64,000 nucleotides of DNA. Origin: a virus (lineage: Duplodnaviria; Caudoviricetes). Position numbers and translations under genes: made by a program. A model generated the notes under the pieces. The model was not told the DNA's origin and made no database searches. It worked only from the letters and a program-made list of their open reading frames with translations. Position 1 is the stretch's first letter. Every line of letters starts with the position of its first letter. Below, piece by piece: positions 17,028-26,887 of the stretch. The stretch is from IMG/VR virus record IMGVR_UViG_3300046694_000619. One strand, given 5' to 3'.

Positions 17028-17234
17028 GTGCGTTTCTTGAGGTCATAAACCGGGGGCAAGATAGGGCCATCGCGCGAACCCGTCACGCGTCGAGTAGCTG
17101 GCGTAAGCAGCTAATACTTCTTCGAAACTCCTTCGGGGTGTGCTCCGCTCATGCGAGTCTGTGCACTCCAAAGCAGTTTTGATTGTCCGGCCGTCTTCTC
17201 TGGCAGCCAGGGCTGTGCGCTTGCGCACGACCAT

Positions 17235-17311
17235 CTCCGTGTAGCTCAGTCTGATAGAGCGCCTCGTTCGGGACGAGGAGGTCGCAGGTTTGAACCCTGT
17301 CTCGGAGACCA
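17235..17311 (+). tRNA. tRNA-Pro(CGG)
   Basis: TT CGG GA, CCA. Confidence 0.87.
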
Positions 17312-17380
17312 TTTTTGAGGGAAGCGTCGCGTGTCGACGCATGCGGCGCCCCAGCGCGTAATCTGGGGCAACGATTTCTT

Positions 17381-17470
17381 GGAGGGTGAACCAGACAGGG
17401 TTTGGGCTCGCCTGCTAAGCGAGGCGTTTGGCGAAAGCTGAATTCGGTTCGATACCGACTCCCTCCTCCA
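17381..17470 (+). tRNA. 8/4-type tRNA-Ser(GCT)
   Basis: 8-bp acceptor with one mismatch, 4-bp T stem TCGG/CCGA, long V arm, CT GCT AA. Confidence 0.82.
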
Positions 17471-17479
17471 GGTTTCAAT

Positions 17480-17554
17480 GCTCGTGTAGCGCAGTGGTAG
17501 CGCACCGCTTTCACACAGCGGGGGTCGCTGGTTCGATGCCAGCCTCGAGCACCA
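17480..17554 (+). tRNA. tRNA-Val(CAC)
   Basis: TT CAC AC, CCA. Confidence 0.9.
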
Positions 17555-17562
17555 GTTCAATT

Positions 17563-18303
17563 TCACCTCAGGAGCGACATGACGGATTTGTCAGCCCAGA
17601 GTTGCGCACACAAGGCTGCGCGGTCGGGGCGGACCGTGGAGTCCGACGGTGCCGCAGATTCGATTCGCTCCCGCAGCGCTGCCATTCGTTCGCGCACCAG
17701 TGCTTCGTCGGCAGGAACGTAGCGACCCTCAGCATCCGCCAGGGGCAGCAGGGCAATGGGCTCATCACCAAACAGGTCGGCAGCGATGTCCGCGACAAAG
17801 CGCTCGTTGCCGTCGTCAACCTCGACCCAATAGTGAGCGTGGCAGTTGCCCGCAGCATCGAAAAAGCCGGTGACTTCGCCGTCACCGGCACGAATGCAGG
17901 AGCTCATCTTCGGCAGGGATTTCTTGACCTGCAGGTCGGCGAGATAGGCGGCGAACGCACAGCTCCCAGCGACCTGACCCAAGAATCCAGATTCGCACGC
18001 GCGGTCGAGAGCGCCGATGGTCTTTGTCAGCGCCGCGTGCAACGCTATCGAACTCGCCTGGCGCCCTTCGCGAATGGTCGCGCCCGCGGCATCAATCTGA
18101 TTGCCAATCTCGCGGGAAACCTCTCGCGCGTCGAACGAATCCTTGGCAGCGAATTTCACCTTGACTGTCAAATCCTCGCCTACCGGGTACCAGCGCTCTT
18201 GAAATCGGATACGCGCGCCTGCATAGAGCGGGGCGCGGACGTGTGCGGTAAAAAGCCACTCTCCGTCAACGCGTGTGGTTGTCGAGGTTACGAAGTACGA
18301 CAT
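17563..18303 (-). CDS. hypothetical protein interrupting the tRNA array
   Basis: AGGAG RBS; GSC...HYWV...DIAADLF resembles a transglutaminase/papain-like Cys-His-Asp arrangement. Confidence 0.7.
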   Translation of the reverse strand: MSYFVTSTTTRVDGEWLFTAHVRAPLYAGARIRFQERWYPVGEDLTVKVKFAAKDSFDAREVSREIGNQIDAAGATIREGRQASSIALHAALTKTIGALDRACESGFLGQVAGSCAFAAYLADLQVKKSLPKMSSCIRAGDGEVTGFFDAAGNCHAHYWVEVDDGNERFVADIAADLFGDEPIALLPLADAEGRYVPADEALVRERMAALRERIESAAPSDSTVRPDRAALCAQLWADKSVMSLLR

Positions 18304-18376
18304 GATTTCTCCTGAAACATGTCCGTAGTATACAAAGTAATTTGCGTAGCGACAACTACGCAGAGAGTTGATGAAT

Positions 18377-18452
18377 GGGTACCTAGCTCAGTTGGAAGAG
18401 CATCGCCTCGACACGGCGAAGGTCGGCGGTTCGAACCCGTCGGTACCTACCA
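18377..18452 (+). tRNA. tRNA-Val(GAC) with C33
   Basis: TC GAC AC, CCA. Confidence 0.88.
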
Positions 18453-18460
18453 GTTTTGAT

Positions 18461-18539
18461 AGGGGAGTGGCGCCGAGCGGTCTAAGGCACCGGGTTCTGA
18501 CCCCGGGTTTCGCAGGTTCGAATCCTGCCTCCTCTTCCA
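18461..18539 (+). tRNA. tRNA-Gln(CTG)
   Basis: TT CTG AC, CCA. Confidence 0.85.
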
Positions 18540-18546
18540 GCTTTAC

Positions 18547-18625
18547 AGGCCCGTAGCTCAGGTGGATTGAGAGCGCGACACTACGAATGTCGAGGTCGGG
18601 GGTTCAAGTCCCTCCGGGTCTACCA
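18547..18625 (+). tRNA. tRNA-Arg(ACG)
   Basis: CT ACG AA, CCA. Confidence 0.9.
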
Positions 18626-18636
18626 TTAAAGCATAG

Positions 18637-18665
18637 TTGCCATTAAGCATTTTTAATGATATAAT
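18637..18665 (+). promoter_or_regulatory. internal sigma70 promoter
   Basis: TTGCCA-17-TATAAT with extended TG. Confidence 0.7.
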
Positions 18666-18689
18666 GCAAAGCATCAGTAGTGCACACCT

Positions 18690-18776
18690 GCCCAGGTGGC
18701 GGAATTGGTAGACGCGCAGCGTTGAGGTCGCTGTGTCCGAAAGGACGTGGGGGTTCGAGTCCCCCCTTGGGCACCA
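18690..18776 (+). tRNA. tRNA-Leu(GAG)
   Basis: class II, TT GAG GT, CCA. Confidence 0.93.
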
Positions 18777-18792
18777 TTTTTTGAGGTATGTC

Positions 18793-18993
18793 ATGGCCAA
18801 CGATGAAGTCGTCGTCGAGCTGAACTTCAATGCGGCACCGCCGCCGAAGTGCAAGCGATGCGGCCGCGACAAGGGAAGTCACAAAGCAGTGACGCTGCAT
18901 TGTCCGATTGGACGCGGCAATTTCCCTTCTTTCGCGATGGCCAAGCTATACGAGCCCCGCACGCCGCGCTTAAAGCGGTCAAAAGCGGGCTGA
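18793..18993 (+). CDS. small Cys/His-containing protein
   Basis: GAGG RBS; CKRCG...H......C. Confidence 0.55.
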   Translation: MANDEVVVELNFNAAPPPKCKRCGRDKGSHKAVTLHCPIGRGNFPSFAMAKLYEPRTPRLKRSKAG

Positions 18994-19004
18994 AGTAGTA
19001 CAAC

Positions 19005-19089
19005 GCTCCGAATGGCGGAATTGGTTAGACGCCTTGGTCGTACCAGGGACCGCAAGGTCGTGTGGGTTCGAATCCCGCTTCGGGCACCA
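19005..19089 (+). ncRNA. tRNA-Leu-like RNA lacking an anticodon loop
   Basis: Leu D arm, V arm, A73 and CCA present; anticodon arm is CTTGGT-CGT-ACCAGG. Confidence 0.75.
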
Positions 19090-19256
19090 GATTCATCTCT
19101 TTGTATGGCACTTGCGGCTATACCTGGGGATGATGTCGAGCCTTCTGGCTGTTAGACCTGCGCGACATAAAAGGAACTGCAGGCGAGTCATCCGCACTTT
19201 CAGTAGGAGTCGGCGGCAGGGGGAGTGCCTGCATCCTTTCAACAAGGTTTTTGAAC

Positions 19257-19532
19257 ATGCGCTCGTTGGTTTTCGCTTTTTTGGTTTCGTGCAGCCTCCC
19301 GCTCGCCGTCCTTGGATGCAGCAACGGGAATGCGGTCACGTCCCAGCACATTGCTTTGGCATCGGACAAGTGCGCGGCAAACGGTGGCCTGAAGCAGGTC
19401 GAGCGGGCCGACGCCACTCGCATGAGCGAGAGCTGCGGCTACAAGTGCAGTCGCTACACCGGTCAGATAGAGTACGAGGCCCAGTTCTCTTGCAAGAACG
19501 GCGCGCACTTCGACCTGACCTGGCAAGAATAA
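19257..19532 (+). CDS. putative lipoprotein
   Basis: Hydrophobic N-terminus with VLGC lipobox-like motif. Confidence 0.6.
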   Translation: MRSLVFAFLVSCSLPLAVLGCSNGNAVTSQHIALASDKCAANGGLKQVERADATRMSESCGYKCSRYTGQIEYEAQFSCKNGAHFDLTWQE

Positions 19533-19540
19533 GGAGCAGC

Positions 19541-19774
19541 ATGAGCGAGCGCAAGCAGGAGTGGCAGGCGTACCGCGTGCGCCGGTTCTTTCGGACGCGG
19601 CACTATGTGGCGTGTTGGATAAACGGTTATGAGTTCCTGTATGCCCATGCCGGCAAGCCTCGCTACTTCGCAGAAGCGGCTGACGCAATAAAGTTTGCTG
19701 AGTATCTGAGTCTGCCTGAAGCGGAGCGGCAGCTCATTGACTATGCGGAAGCCTACGGCGCGTTCTACGCGTAA
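19541..19774 (+). CDS. hypothetical protein
   Basis: AAGGAG RBS, MSERKQEW. Confidence 0.6.
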   Translation: MSERKQEWQAYRVRRFFRTRHYVACWINGYEFLYAHAGKPRYFAEAADAIKFAEYLSLPEAERQLIDYAEAYGAFYA

Positions 19775-19814
19775 GAGCGTTAAGCCTTCGACCGCAAGCG
19801 CACTAAAGATTCAA

Positions 19815-19900
19815 GCCCTTTTGGTGGAATGGAAGACACAGGAGATTCAAAATTTCCCGCCTTAAAAAGCGTGCCGGTTCGAGTCCGGCATAGGGCACCA
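19815..19900 (+). tRNA. tRNA-Leu(CAA)
   Basis: class II, TT CAA AA, CCA. Confidence 0.9.
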
Positions 19901-19910
19901 AGTTTAATAT

Positions 19911-19988
19911 CGGGGATTAATGTCAGTCCGGTAGACGGCCTGCTCCGGAAGCAGGAGGCCGCAGGTTCAAATCCTGCATCCCCGACCA
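19911..19988 (+). tRNA. tRNA-Pro(CGG) with C33 and A37
   Basis: TC CGG AA, CCA. Confidence 0.82.
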
Positions 19989-20147
19989 AATTTCGACCGC
20001 AGACTACGCGGTATCTCGCCGTCGTCCTGGGAAATCGCATCCGCGAAAGTACAATCGGCAGGGCTAGGAGCAGCGATGAAATAGCCGCCATCGCGCTCGA
20101 CGCAAGAGGCCGGGCTGGTGGAATGCCAGTCGCGAATGCAACACGAT

Positions 20148-20223
20148 GCGTCCGTAACTCAGTGGAAAGAGTGCCACCCTCCGAAGGTGGAAGCCGGCCG
20201 TTCGATTCGGTCCGGACGCGCCA
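20148..20223 (+). tRNA. tRNA-Arg(CCG)
   Basis: CT CCG AA, CCA. Confidence 0.9.
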
Positions 20224-20471
20224 GAACTCTGGCTCAGCCAAGATTTCGCTGGGCTGGTACGAGCACCAACCTCTCGGCCCCGGTCATCTATCGGGAAAGT
20301 ACTGGGAGGTCGTCTGCCCCGACGTGAGTTAAGTGGGCATGGCGCTCCATAGGAGCCCGCTGGGAAGCCATACCGCAGGTCGCCCCTGTGGCCAAAATCC
20401 CGGCACACAAGAGCTGTACGACAGAAGGGGCCGTTCGATTCATCGGACGGCCCCTTTTTGCATTCCGCGCT

Positions 20472-20559
20472 GCCTGCGTGGTGAAATTGGTAGACACACC
20501 TGGCTTAAGACCAGACGCTGCTAGTCAGCATAAGGGTTCGAGGCCCTTCGCAGGCACCA
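20472..20559 (+). tRNA. tRNA-Leu(TAA)
   Basis: class II, CT TAA GA, CCA. Confidence 0.9.
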
Positions 20560-20632
20560 GTCTCTACGCAAAACGCTCATTATTTGATATACTAAAAACA
20601 CATAAGCTCAATTCGCATGGCCCGTCAGCACG

Positions 20633-21310
20633 ATGACCTTTTTGTCTTCCATCCATCTCGGCGCATTCCTCAAGCTGGGTCTTCTCGACCTGACGCTCGG
20701 GCTGAACAACGCCGTGCTCATCGTGCCGACAATCATGTCGATTCCGGCGGCCATCCGTCGGCGCGCGATGCTGTGGGGCACGCTTGGCGCCATCGGTGTT
20801 CGCGCGCTGCTGTTGCTGTTGGCGGGAGCCCTTGTCGGGCTGCCGTGCGTCAATCTTCTGGCGGGCGGATACCTCGTCTACCGGGGCTATCGCATGCTCG
20901 TGTCGCACGACGCCGCGCCGGCGAGCGTCACGCCGCACCGAAGCCTGTTCCTGGCTGCAGCGGCCATTGCCGCGGCCGACATGACCATGAGCGTCGACAA
21001 CGTGCTCGCACTGGCGGCTACCGCACATGCACAGGGCAGCATCGTGTATGCCCTTGGAGCCATCTGCATGAGCATACCCGCCATCATGTTCGGGTCGAAG
21101 ATGCTCTCGCACGTTGGTCACAGGCTGCCGCTGCTCGTCTGGCTCGGCGGCGCCATGCTCGGCTATGTCGGCGCATCCATTGCTCTTTCAGACGTCGTAA
21201 TGCCCGACAGCGACAGCTGGTTCGCGGATTACACGCCATGGCTGCTGGCGCTCTGCGTTGTTAGTCTGGCGACGCTTGAACGGCGTCGTGCAATGGCAAC
21301 CGTGGTCTGA
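20633..21310 (+). CDS. TerC/YjbE-family membrane protein
   Basis: DL.L..NNAVLI, ADMTMSVDNVLALA, multiple TMs. Confidence 0.85.
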   Translation: MTFLSSIHLGAFLKLGLLDLTLGLNNAVLIVPTIMSIPAAIRRRAMLWGTLGAIGVRALLLLLAGALVGLPCVNLLAGGYLVYRGYRMLVSHDAAPASVTPHRSLFLAAAAIAAADMTMSVDNVLALAATAHAQGSIVYALGAICMSIPAIMFGSKMLSHVGHRLPLLVWLGGAMLGYVGASIALSDVVMPDSDSWFADYTPWLLALCVVSLATLERRRAMATVV

Positions 21311-21510
21311 GTACCAGGGCCTCCCGGTGAGATAAGTGTCATAGCTTGTCGCATGTGCTAAAAATCACCCTGCCGTCAAGCCAAGTATTTTGCTCACCAG
21401 CCATTGTGGCGAGCGCGTCCTCGATGTTAACTTTCTCCTGCGCGCCGCCCGGTGCGTAACCCATGCGGATGGTCCTGGAAACAGACCATCGCCACTAGGA
21501 GACGGAAAAT

Positions 21511-22653
21511 ATGCTGACGTCCACCGGCTATAAGAGCGCGGCTGAGCTTGCTCCGCTGGAAGCCAAAATCAACAAGATGGCGTCGCTCGCCAGCAAGCTT
21601 GCCGAGGTCGGTGACAACATCCAGGACTTCCCGGCGCGCAATGCTGCTCGAACCTGGAACGCGCAACTCGCGCATCTCATCACCGGCTACCTCGAGTCCG
21701 GCCGGGATGACGCGCTCAACAGTGCGCTCGCCAATCTGGTTTCGCCGACGATGGAGCCGACCGAAGGCTGGACCACGCTTCGGGACTACATCCGTACGTA
21801 CGCCAGTTGGGAGCTGGTCGACGACGCCGGCACAGATGTTCCGCACGAATATTATCTGTGCAGCATTCCCGTCATGCTGGGGCCGCACGCGCCGCAGGTG
21901 AATGGTGACAAGCTCGCCGCGCTGGAAAGCGTCTTGCGGCAATCGGGTCTGGTTGGCGTGGGTGCCGAGGTGACGCTCGTCCCGTGCGGCCTGGTGCCTG
22001 CGGAACTGGTCACCACGCTGTCGTTTTCGCAGGTCAAGCAGCTTACGCAGCTGCTGGCTCACTGCAAACGAACGGGGAAATGGCGGCTCGCGAGCGATTT
22101 CCTTGCGTCCCGGCTAGGCCAAATCGACCGGTCAGTCGCGCCCACCAATCTGCACTCGATGCTGCTGCTCTATCGGACCGAGGACCGCTCTCAGCCCTTT
22201 GCCTATGGCAGCATGAGCGCGGAGGTCGTGGAGACCGGCCACGGGTCCGCTGAGGCCATCTACGAGTCACTCTGTACGGACTGGCGCCGTAACGCGGAAG
22301 CTCATCTCGCTGACGCATTCAGTCTCCCACTCGAGCAAATCTATGTCGGCGACCCGCAGCCTTATTTCCAAGGTCAGGAGGAACTCGACGAAGAGCTGCG
22401 CAAGCGCCAGTTCCTGATGCGCACAGGCGGTGTATTGGGCGACCAGGACGAGACGTACGAAGCCGTGCGCGCCGGCATCTTGCCCATGGCGTTTTGCCGG
22501 GGGTTCTCGGTTGTCTACGAGCGAGAAGGCGCGCGCGCGGGCAGTGTCGACTTCCTCAGCTTTCCGGCGGAGTCGACGGAGGATGTTCTCGAGATGCTCG
22601 TCGAGGCGCTAGCAACCCTGAACATCGAGCCGAAGCGCGTCGCCCAGGCTTGA
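21511..22653 (+). CDS. hypothetical protein
   Basis: 380-aa ORF with RBS and GC3 bias. Confidence 0.75.
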   Translation: MLTSTGYKSAAELAPLEAKINKMASLASKLAEVGDNIQDFPARNAARTWNAQLAHLITGYLESGRDDALNSALANLVSPTMEPTEGWTTLRDYIRTYASWELVDDAGTDVPHEYYLCSIPVMLGPHAPQVNGDKLAALESVLRQSGLVGVGAEVTLVPCGLVPAELVTTLSFSQVKQLTQLLAHCKRTGKWRLASDFLASRLGQIDRSVAPTNLHSMLLLYRTEDRSQPFAYGSMSAEVVETGHGSAEAIYESLCTDWRRNAEAHLADAFSLPLEQIYVGDPQPYFQGQEELDEELRKRQFLMRTGGVLGDQDETYEAVRAGILPMAFCRGFSVVYEREGARAGSVDFLSFPAESTEDVLEMLVEALATLNIEPKRVAQA

Positions 22654-22714
22654 GCGGCCGGGTCGGTTCTATACAGCCGTGCCCGCCGCGTCACGACGCA
22701 CTCGGGCAGCTGAC

Positions 22715-25426
22715 CTAGCCGGCCCGGCTACCCGGTTTCGGGGCTTGCGTGAGCCCCGACAGGTCCTCAAGCAGCCTCCTCGCCTGGTCGTATCCCGGGA
22801 TGTCCTCGCGAAGCGTATCAACCAGTTCGCCGAGATGCTCCGAAACCTGGCCGCGTATGACGGCTTCTGATGGATTACCGACCGGACGGAGTCGCAAGAA
22901 CGGGATGCCCGCCGTAGCAAACAACCGGTCCTTGCGTTCATCCTTGGCCAGTTGCTTTTCCGTGTCATGCCAGACGCTATCGACTTCGATGGCCAGCATC
23001 GGCAGATATGTTGTGGTGGAGACGACCACAATGTCGACACTCGCCCTAAGGTAGTAGCCAAAGTCCTCGTCCTCGACCAACTCCTTCATGCGGTCAAAGC
23101 TCATGATGCTCTGCAACGCGCAGTTTGGAAACACCATGTGATTGGGGCACAGCTGCACCAGAATCTGGTAGATGCTGAACTCGCGCTGGCTGTTGAAGAC
23201 TTGCTTGACCGCATTGGTGCCCGTTCCGCGCACGATGCGGCCGATTACTGCGTGCTGCGACTCGCGCTCGAGAAGCGGCGCGATATGCGGATTGATTTTC
23301 CAGCTGTCTTTCGACTCCAGGACCATCCCTTCTTCCACGAGCTTGTTGTAGTGCCGCTCGGCCCAAACCGCATCCATGCCGGCATAGCGGCCCAGTTCAT
23401 CGAAGCCGTGATAGCCCTGAATCTGGTGGAGCACCGACAGGACCTTTCGTGCGGGCGCCGTCAGGGACGGCCATCGATTGACGGCCGTACGCTCAAACTG
23501 GTCCTTGCTTCTCAGCGGCTTCAGCGGCTTCAGCCGCTTCTCCGCTTCGCGCAGGAGGCCGTTGACGGTATCGGCATGGACCCCCGTTTTGGCGAAATCC
23601 CGAAGACGCTCAATGAGCTCTTCGGCCACGAGCAGGTCGGTGGCCTTCGCACAGAGCAGTTTCACGTTCGACGTGAGGCTTTCACCCGGCGTCTTCCGGA
23701 GTCTCAGGGACTCGAGGTAGGCGACCAGCGCCGCCGCCGGGGACCCGGCGACCTGCTCCAGGTAACCAAGCAGGAACAGGCCGTCCGCTGTAGCCAGGTC
23801 GGCTGCAAACTTGCGGGCCAGAACCAGCGACTTCTCAAGCGATTCGCGCTTTGACCCATCCAGCATCTGGAAGATGCCGGCGGCCGCGCTTCGCCAGAGC
23901 TTCGCCGTTGCATCATCAAGCAAGCTTCGCTTCGTGGAAAAGTCCTCCAATAAGTCCAGAACCTGCTCGGTATCATCTGGGTTCAACTTTTCGTCCGGGA
24001 TGTGATTCAGGTGGCCCCGTAATAGGCTTGCCGAGTCGGCGGCCCGGATAAGCGCACCCACTGCCAAAACAACGAATTCGAACGGATGCTCAACGGTATC
24101 CGCGACCATCCATTGGAACTGGATGTTTTGCTTGCACAGCCAGACGAACTCCTTCGACTCAAGATTCGATGAACTTTCCAGGCTACCGTAGGCGGAAGCA
24201 ACGTCATACAGGGTGTAGAACGCCAGCAGTTCTTCCCGTCTCGGATAGCCGGCCGGCGCCCTCTCAGCCAGGCGTAATATCAGTCCCGGTGCTTCAGGGC
24301 ACTGGATGTCGCTGTACCCGAACGGAAGGGCCTTCGACCCATCCGGGCTGGCGACAACCATGCAGTTGCCCATACTATGTTCGCCACTATCCACGTAGCG
24401 GGTCAGGCAGGTCATCGCCTGGACGAAGTGTGTGTCAATGGCCGGGCCATCCGAGTTGATGCTTCGAAGAAAATGAGCCAGTCCATCGCACAGGTCGCTA
24501 CCGAAGCCGTCCGGGTACCGGGAGGCCAGGGCTTTGAACTCGCTTCCCGGCGTCATGCTGAGCTCCCACAGGAAGCCCCAGCCCCTTGGCGTAAGCGAGG
24601 CCCAGGGGCCGTCCATATCGCCTGTTTTCTCCCGGTCACTGGGTGATGGCGAGGGCACGTCGGCGAGGCTACGACGGATGGTGTCCAAATCCCATGGCTC
24701 GGCCGTCATCAGGTCCAGCTCGATGCGAAAGAGCTGCAGCCGAAGCCGGTCATCCGGCTCCAGATTCGGAATGTCACAGGCTCGCGCGTAGGCCTGCTTG
24801 AGAGCCAGGTCAATGTCCGGGAGTTTTGCAATCTGCGCCCGAAGCGCGTCGGTCAGCTCATCATCCTCATCATCATCCGCCGCCCAGGCGTCAGGGTTCA
24901 TCAGTCGAAGGCCAAAGCTGCGGAGACGCTCGACCCAATTGAAGTCCAACGGCTGGCGACAAGCGCGGTCCATGACTTCGAAGCCTTGAAGCGCGTCAGC
25001 CACGGTATATCCGAAAGACCGGTAGTAGAGGGCAAACTCGGGCATTTGATGGAAATCGTCCATCAATCCGTCGAGCTCACGCATCGCATCCTGCAACGGC
25101 TGCCGGTCCGCCTTGTCAACGCTATGCCAGGCGTCCAGCTCACCTTTTGCCAGTGCCCACACCTTCGTACGCAGCAATTGAACGCGGGCGTCGTAGCGCT
25201 CGTCCGGTGCGAAATGCGTGAGGGGCGTTGCGGCCAGTTCCAGGAGCTTTTCCAATAATCCCGTGGACGCGTATTCGCTGGCCTGCTTTCGCACCTCGTC
25301 CAGCGACACTAAAGGACCCCCGGGAGCCAGTTCAGACTCCGGAGCGGCGGCACTGGACGGCGGCAGCTCTGACAGTTTGTAAACTACGACCGGCCCGTTC
25401 TTTCTGTTCTTCCTTTTTCGGCTCAC
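22715..25426 (-). CDS. large helical protein with C-terminal DUF2726-like nuclease-fold domain
   Basis: GTG at 25426 after GAGGA; C-terminal VDIVVV...LAIEVD...H.......D.RKD.LF..AGIPFLR. Confidence 0.78.
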   Translation of the reverse strand: MSRKRKNRKNGPVVVYKLSELPPSSAAAPESELAPGGPLVSLDEVRKQASEYASTGLLEKLLELAATPLTHFAPDERYDARVQLLRTKVWALAKGELDAWHSVDKADRQPLQDAMRELDGLMDDFHQMPEFALYYRSFGYTVADALQGFEVMDRACRQPLDFNWVERLRSFGLRLMNPDAWAADDDEDDELTDALRAQIAKLPDIDLALKQAYARACDIPNLEPDDRLRLQLFRIELDLMTAEPWDLDTIRRSLADVPSPSPSDREKTGDMDGPWASLTPRGWGFLWELSMTPGSEFKALASRYPDGFGSDLCDGLAHFLRSINSDGPAIDTHFVQAMTCLTRYVDSGEHSMGNCMVVASPDGSKALPFGYSDIQCPEAPGLILRLAERAPAGYPRREELLAFYTLYDVASAYGSLESSSNLESKEFVWLCKQNIQFQWMVADTVEHPFEFVVLAVGALIRAADSASLLRGHLNHIPDEKLNPDDTEQVLDLLEDFSTKRSLLDDATAKLWRSAAAGIFQMLDGSKRESLEKSLVLARKFAADLATADGLFLLGYLEQVAGSPAAALVAYLESLRLRKTPGESLTSNVKLLCAKATDLLVAEELIERLRDFAKTGVHADTVNGLLREAEKRLKPLKPLRSKDQFERTAVNRWPSLTAPARKVLSVLHQIQGYHGFDELGRYAGMDAVWAERHYNKLVEEGMVLESKDSWKINPHIAPLLERESQHAVIGRIVRGTGTNAVKQVFNSQREFSIYQILVQLCPNHMVFPNCALQSIMSFDRMKELVEDEDFGYYLRASVDIVVVSTTTYLPMLAIEVDSVWHDTEKQLAKDERKDRLFATAGIPFLRLRPVGNPSEAVIRGQVSEHLGELVDTLREDIPGYDQARRLLEDLSGLTQAPKPGSRAG

Positions 25427-25554
25427 CGGAATCCTCGATGTGTTGTCGCGGTGCTGCAGCACCAGTTGTGGTTGGCATTCTACCCGCGACATGGCCGGTG
25501 CGGCTTGCCGGGCAGGTGCCCTATACCTCCTTAGGCAAACACGGAGGAGTAGGT

Positions 25555-25752
25555 ATGGAAGCGATTGTCGAGGTTGACCCCGCGAGCCCCTGCAAACGGC
25601 AGTGCCAGCTGACCGAGTGCAGGACGTGCATGGGCTGCGGCCGCACGGTCGATGAGATTTCAGGCTGGCGCGCAATGACGGTCGAACAGAAGCAGAAGAC
25701 TGTCGATGCGGCCGCCGTTCGACTGGATGTGATGGGAATGATGGCGTTTTGA
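25555..25752 (+). CDS. DUF1289-like Fe-S/Zn protein
   Basis: SPCKRQC...CMGCGRTVDEI..W. Confidence 0.8.
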   Translation: MEAIVEVDPASPCKRQCQLTECRTCMGCGRTVDEISGWRAMTVEQKQKTVDAAAVRLDVMGMMAF

Positions 25753-26130
25753 CTCAGGAGCTCAGCGATGCTGGGCTCTTTTTCTTGGATGTGGCGGCGA
25801 GCTATACCGGGATGTACCAACCCATCCAAGGAAAAATCTCATGTCACATGCCGCCATCCCGGCCGCCGTCGAGTGGCCACGTCTTGCCTTCGCTCCCATC
25901 AACCTGTGGAGTTTTCCCGCAGCCTGGAAGCGTGAATCAACGGATTTCCGCGCCGCCCCGGTGCAGGTGACCCAGGTCAGCAATGCCCAGCATCAGGTCA
26001 ACCCGCATATCCGGCGGCTCCTGGCTCACCGGTAACTCCCCGAACGCCTCTCGATTTTATGAGAGGCGTTGTCTTTTGGTGCGTTTGGCACAACACAGCC
26101 GAGCAAACATGCACTTTTTCACTCGCACTA

Positions 26131-26159
26131 TTGAGTATGACAGCATTTGGTGTTATACT
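26131..26159 (+). promoter_or_regulatory. sigma70 promoter of the second RNA cluster
   Basis: TTGAGT-17-TATACT with extended TG. Confidence 0.6.
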
Positions 26160-26179
26160 GTCATTTCAGTAGTTAATTC

Positions 26180-26255
26180 GGGTCCTTAGCTCAGTTGGTA
26201 GAGCGGTTGCCTTACAAGCAATAGGTCGGCGGTTCGACCCCGTCAGGACCCACCA
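26180..26255 (+). tRNA. tRNA-Val(TAC)
   Basis: CT TAC AA, CCA. Confidence 0.93.
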
Positions 26256-26259
26256 CCTG

Positions 26260-26410
26260 AATCATGAGTTCTGCTGTCTGACGATGAAAGCGAGGCGGTG
26301 GCGCCGCTTGCCTCAGTAGTCGGCAGAAGTAACGCCAAGTTGACCGGACAGGGTTTCGCGACCAGACGCCGGCAAGCAACGGAGCTTCGTGGACGGCAGA
26401 ACTCATGATT
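26260..26410 (+). ncRNA. structured RNA of unknown family
   Basis: 19-bp closing helix AATCATGAGTTCTGCTGTC/GACGGCAGAACTCATGATT containing a G-U pair. Confidence 0.55.
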
Positions 26411-26535
26411 TAAAGGTTTTTTCGCGAAAAGAAAGGGGATTCCGGTGGTCCTACCGCGGTGGGGACTGTAAAAGCCGGGACGCGTCCGGGGTAAAACTCC
26501 ATACGCCGCAACAGTTTTGTTTTTGGAGCTCGGTT

Positions 26536-26652
26536 TTGCCAAAAGACCGCAGTTACTCTGACGATGCGCTGAAAGGTGCTATAGAAAAGGCTGTGTCTTG
26601 GACTCAAGTTTCAACGCTTTTGGGTCGCTTGTCGGATTTTCAGAAGTTGTAG
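26536..26652 (+). pseudogene. possible remnant of an HNH homing-endonuclease N-terminus
   Basis: RSYSDDALKGAIEKAVSWTQVSTLLG then an early stop. Confidence 0.35.
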
Positions 26653-26657
26653 TTCAT

Positions 26658-26776
26658 GGTCATCTAGCTTAATGGCAGAGCGCCGCAGTAGGGCTGCACC
26701 CCGTTCGATTCGGGTGAGAGAATGGTTCGCGTAAGTCCGCATGCGGAGGAGTGGTTCGAAACCAAAATGACCTCCA
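26658..26776 (+). ncRNA. tRNA-like RNA with expanded anticodon arm
   Basis: GGTCAT/ATGACC + TCCA, D arm TAGCTTAATGGCAGAGC, CCGCA/TGCGG stem enclosing ~50 nt including a second GTTCGAT loop. Confidence 0.6.
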
Positions 26777-26801
26777 GGTTTTATGCGGTACAGCAGTATT
26801 C

Positions 26802-26877
26802 GGGGGCTTAGCTCAGTTGGGAGAGCATCTGCTTTGCAAGCAGAGGGTCATCGGTTCGAACCCGATAGCCTCCACCA
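26802..26877 (+). tRNA. tRNA-Ala(TGC)
   Basis: G3:U70, CCA. Confidence 0.94.
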
Positions 26878-26887
26878 GCTTTATCAA

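Noticed and set aside
26278-26292. CTGACGA-T-GAAA as a hammerhead ribozyme core
   Set aside because: Only one base where stem II should be, and no suitably placed stem III or cleavage triplet
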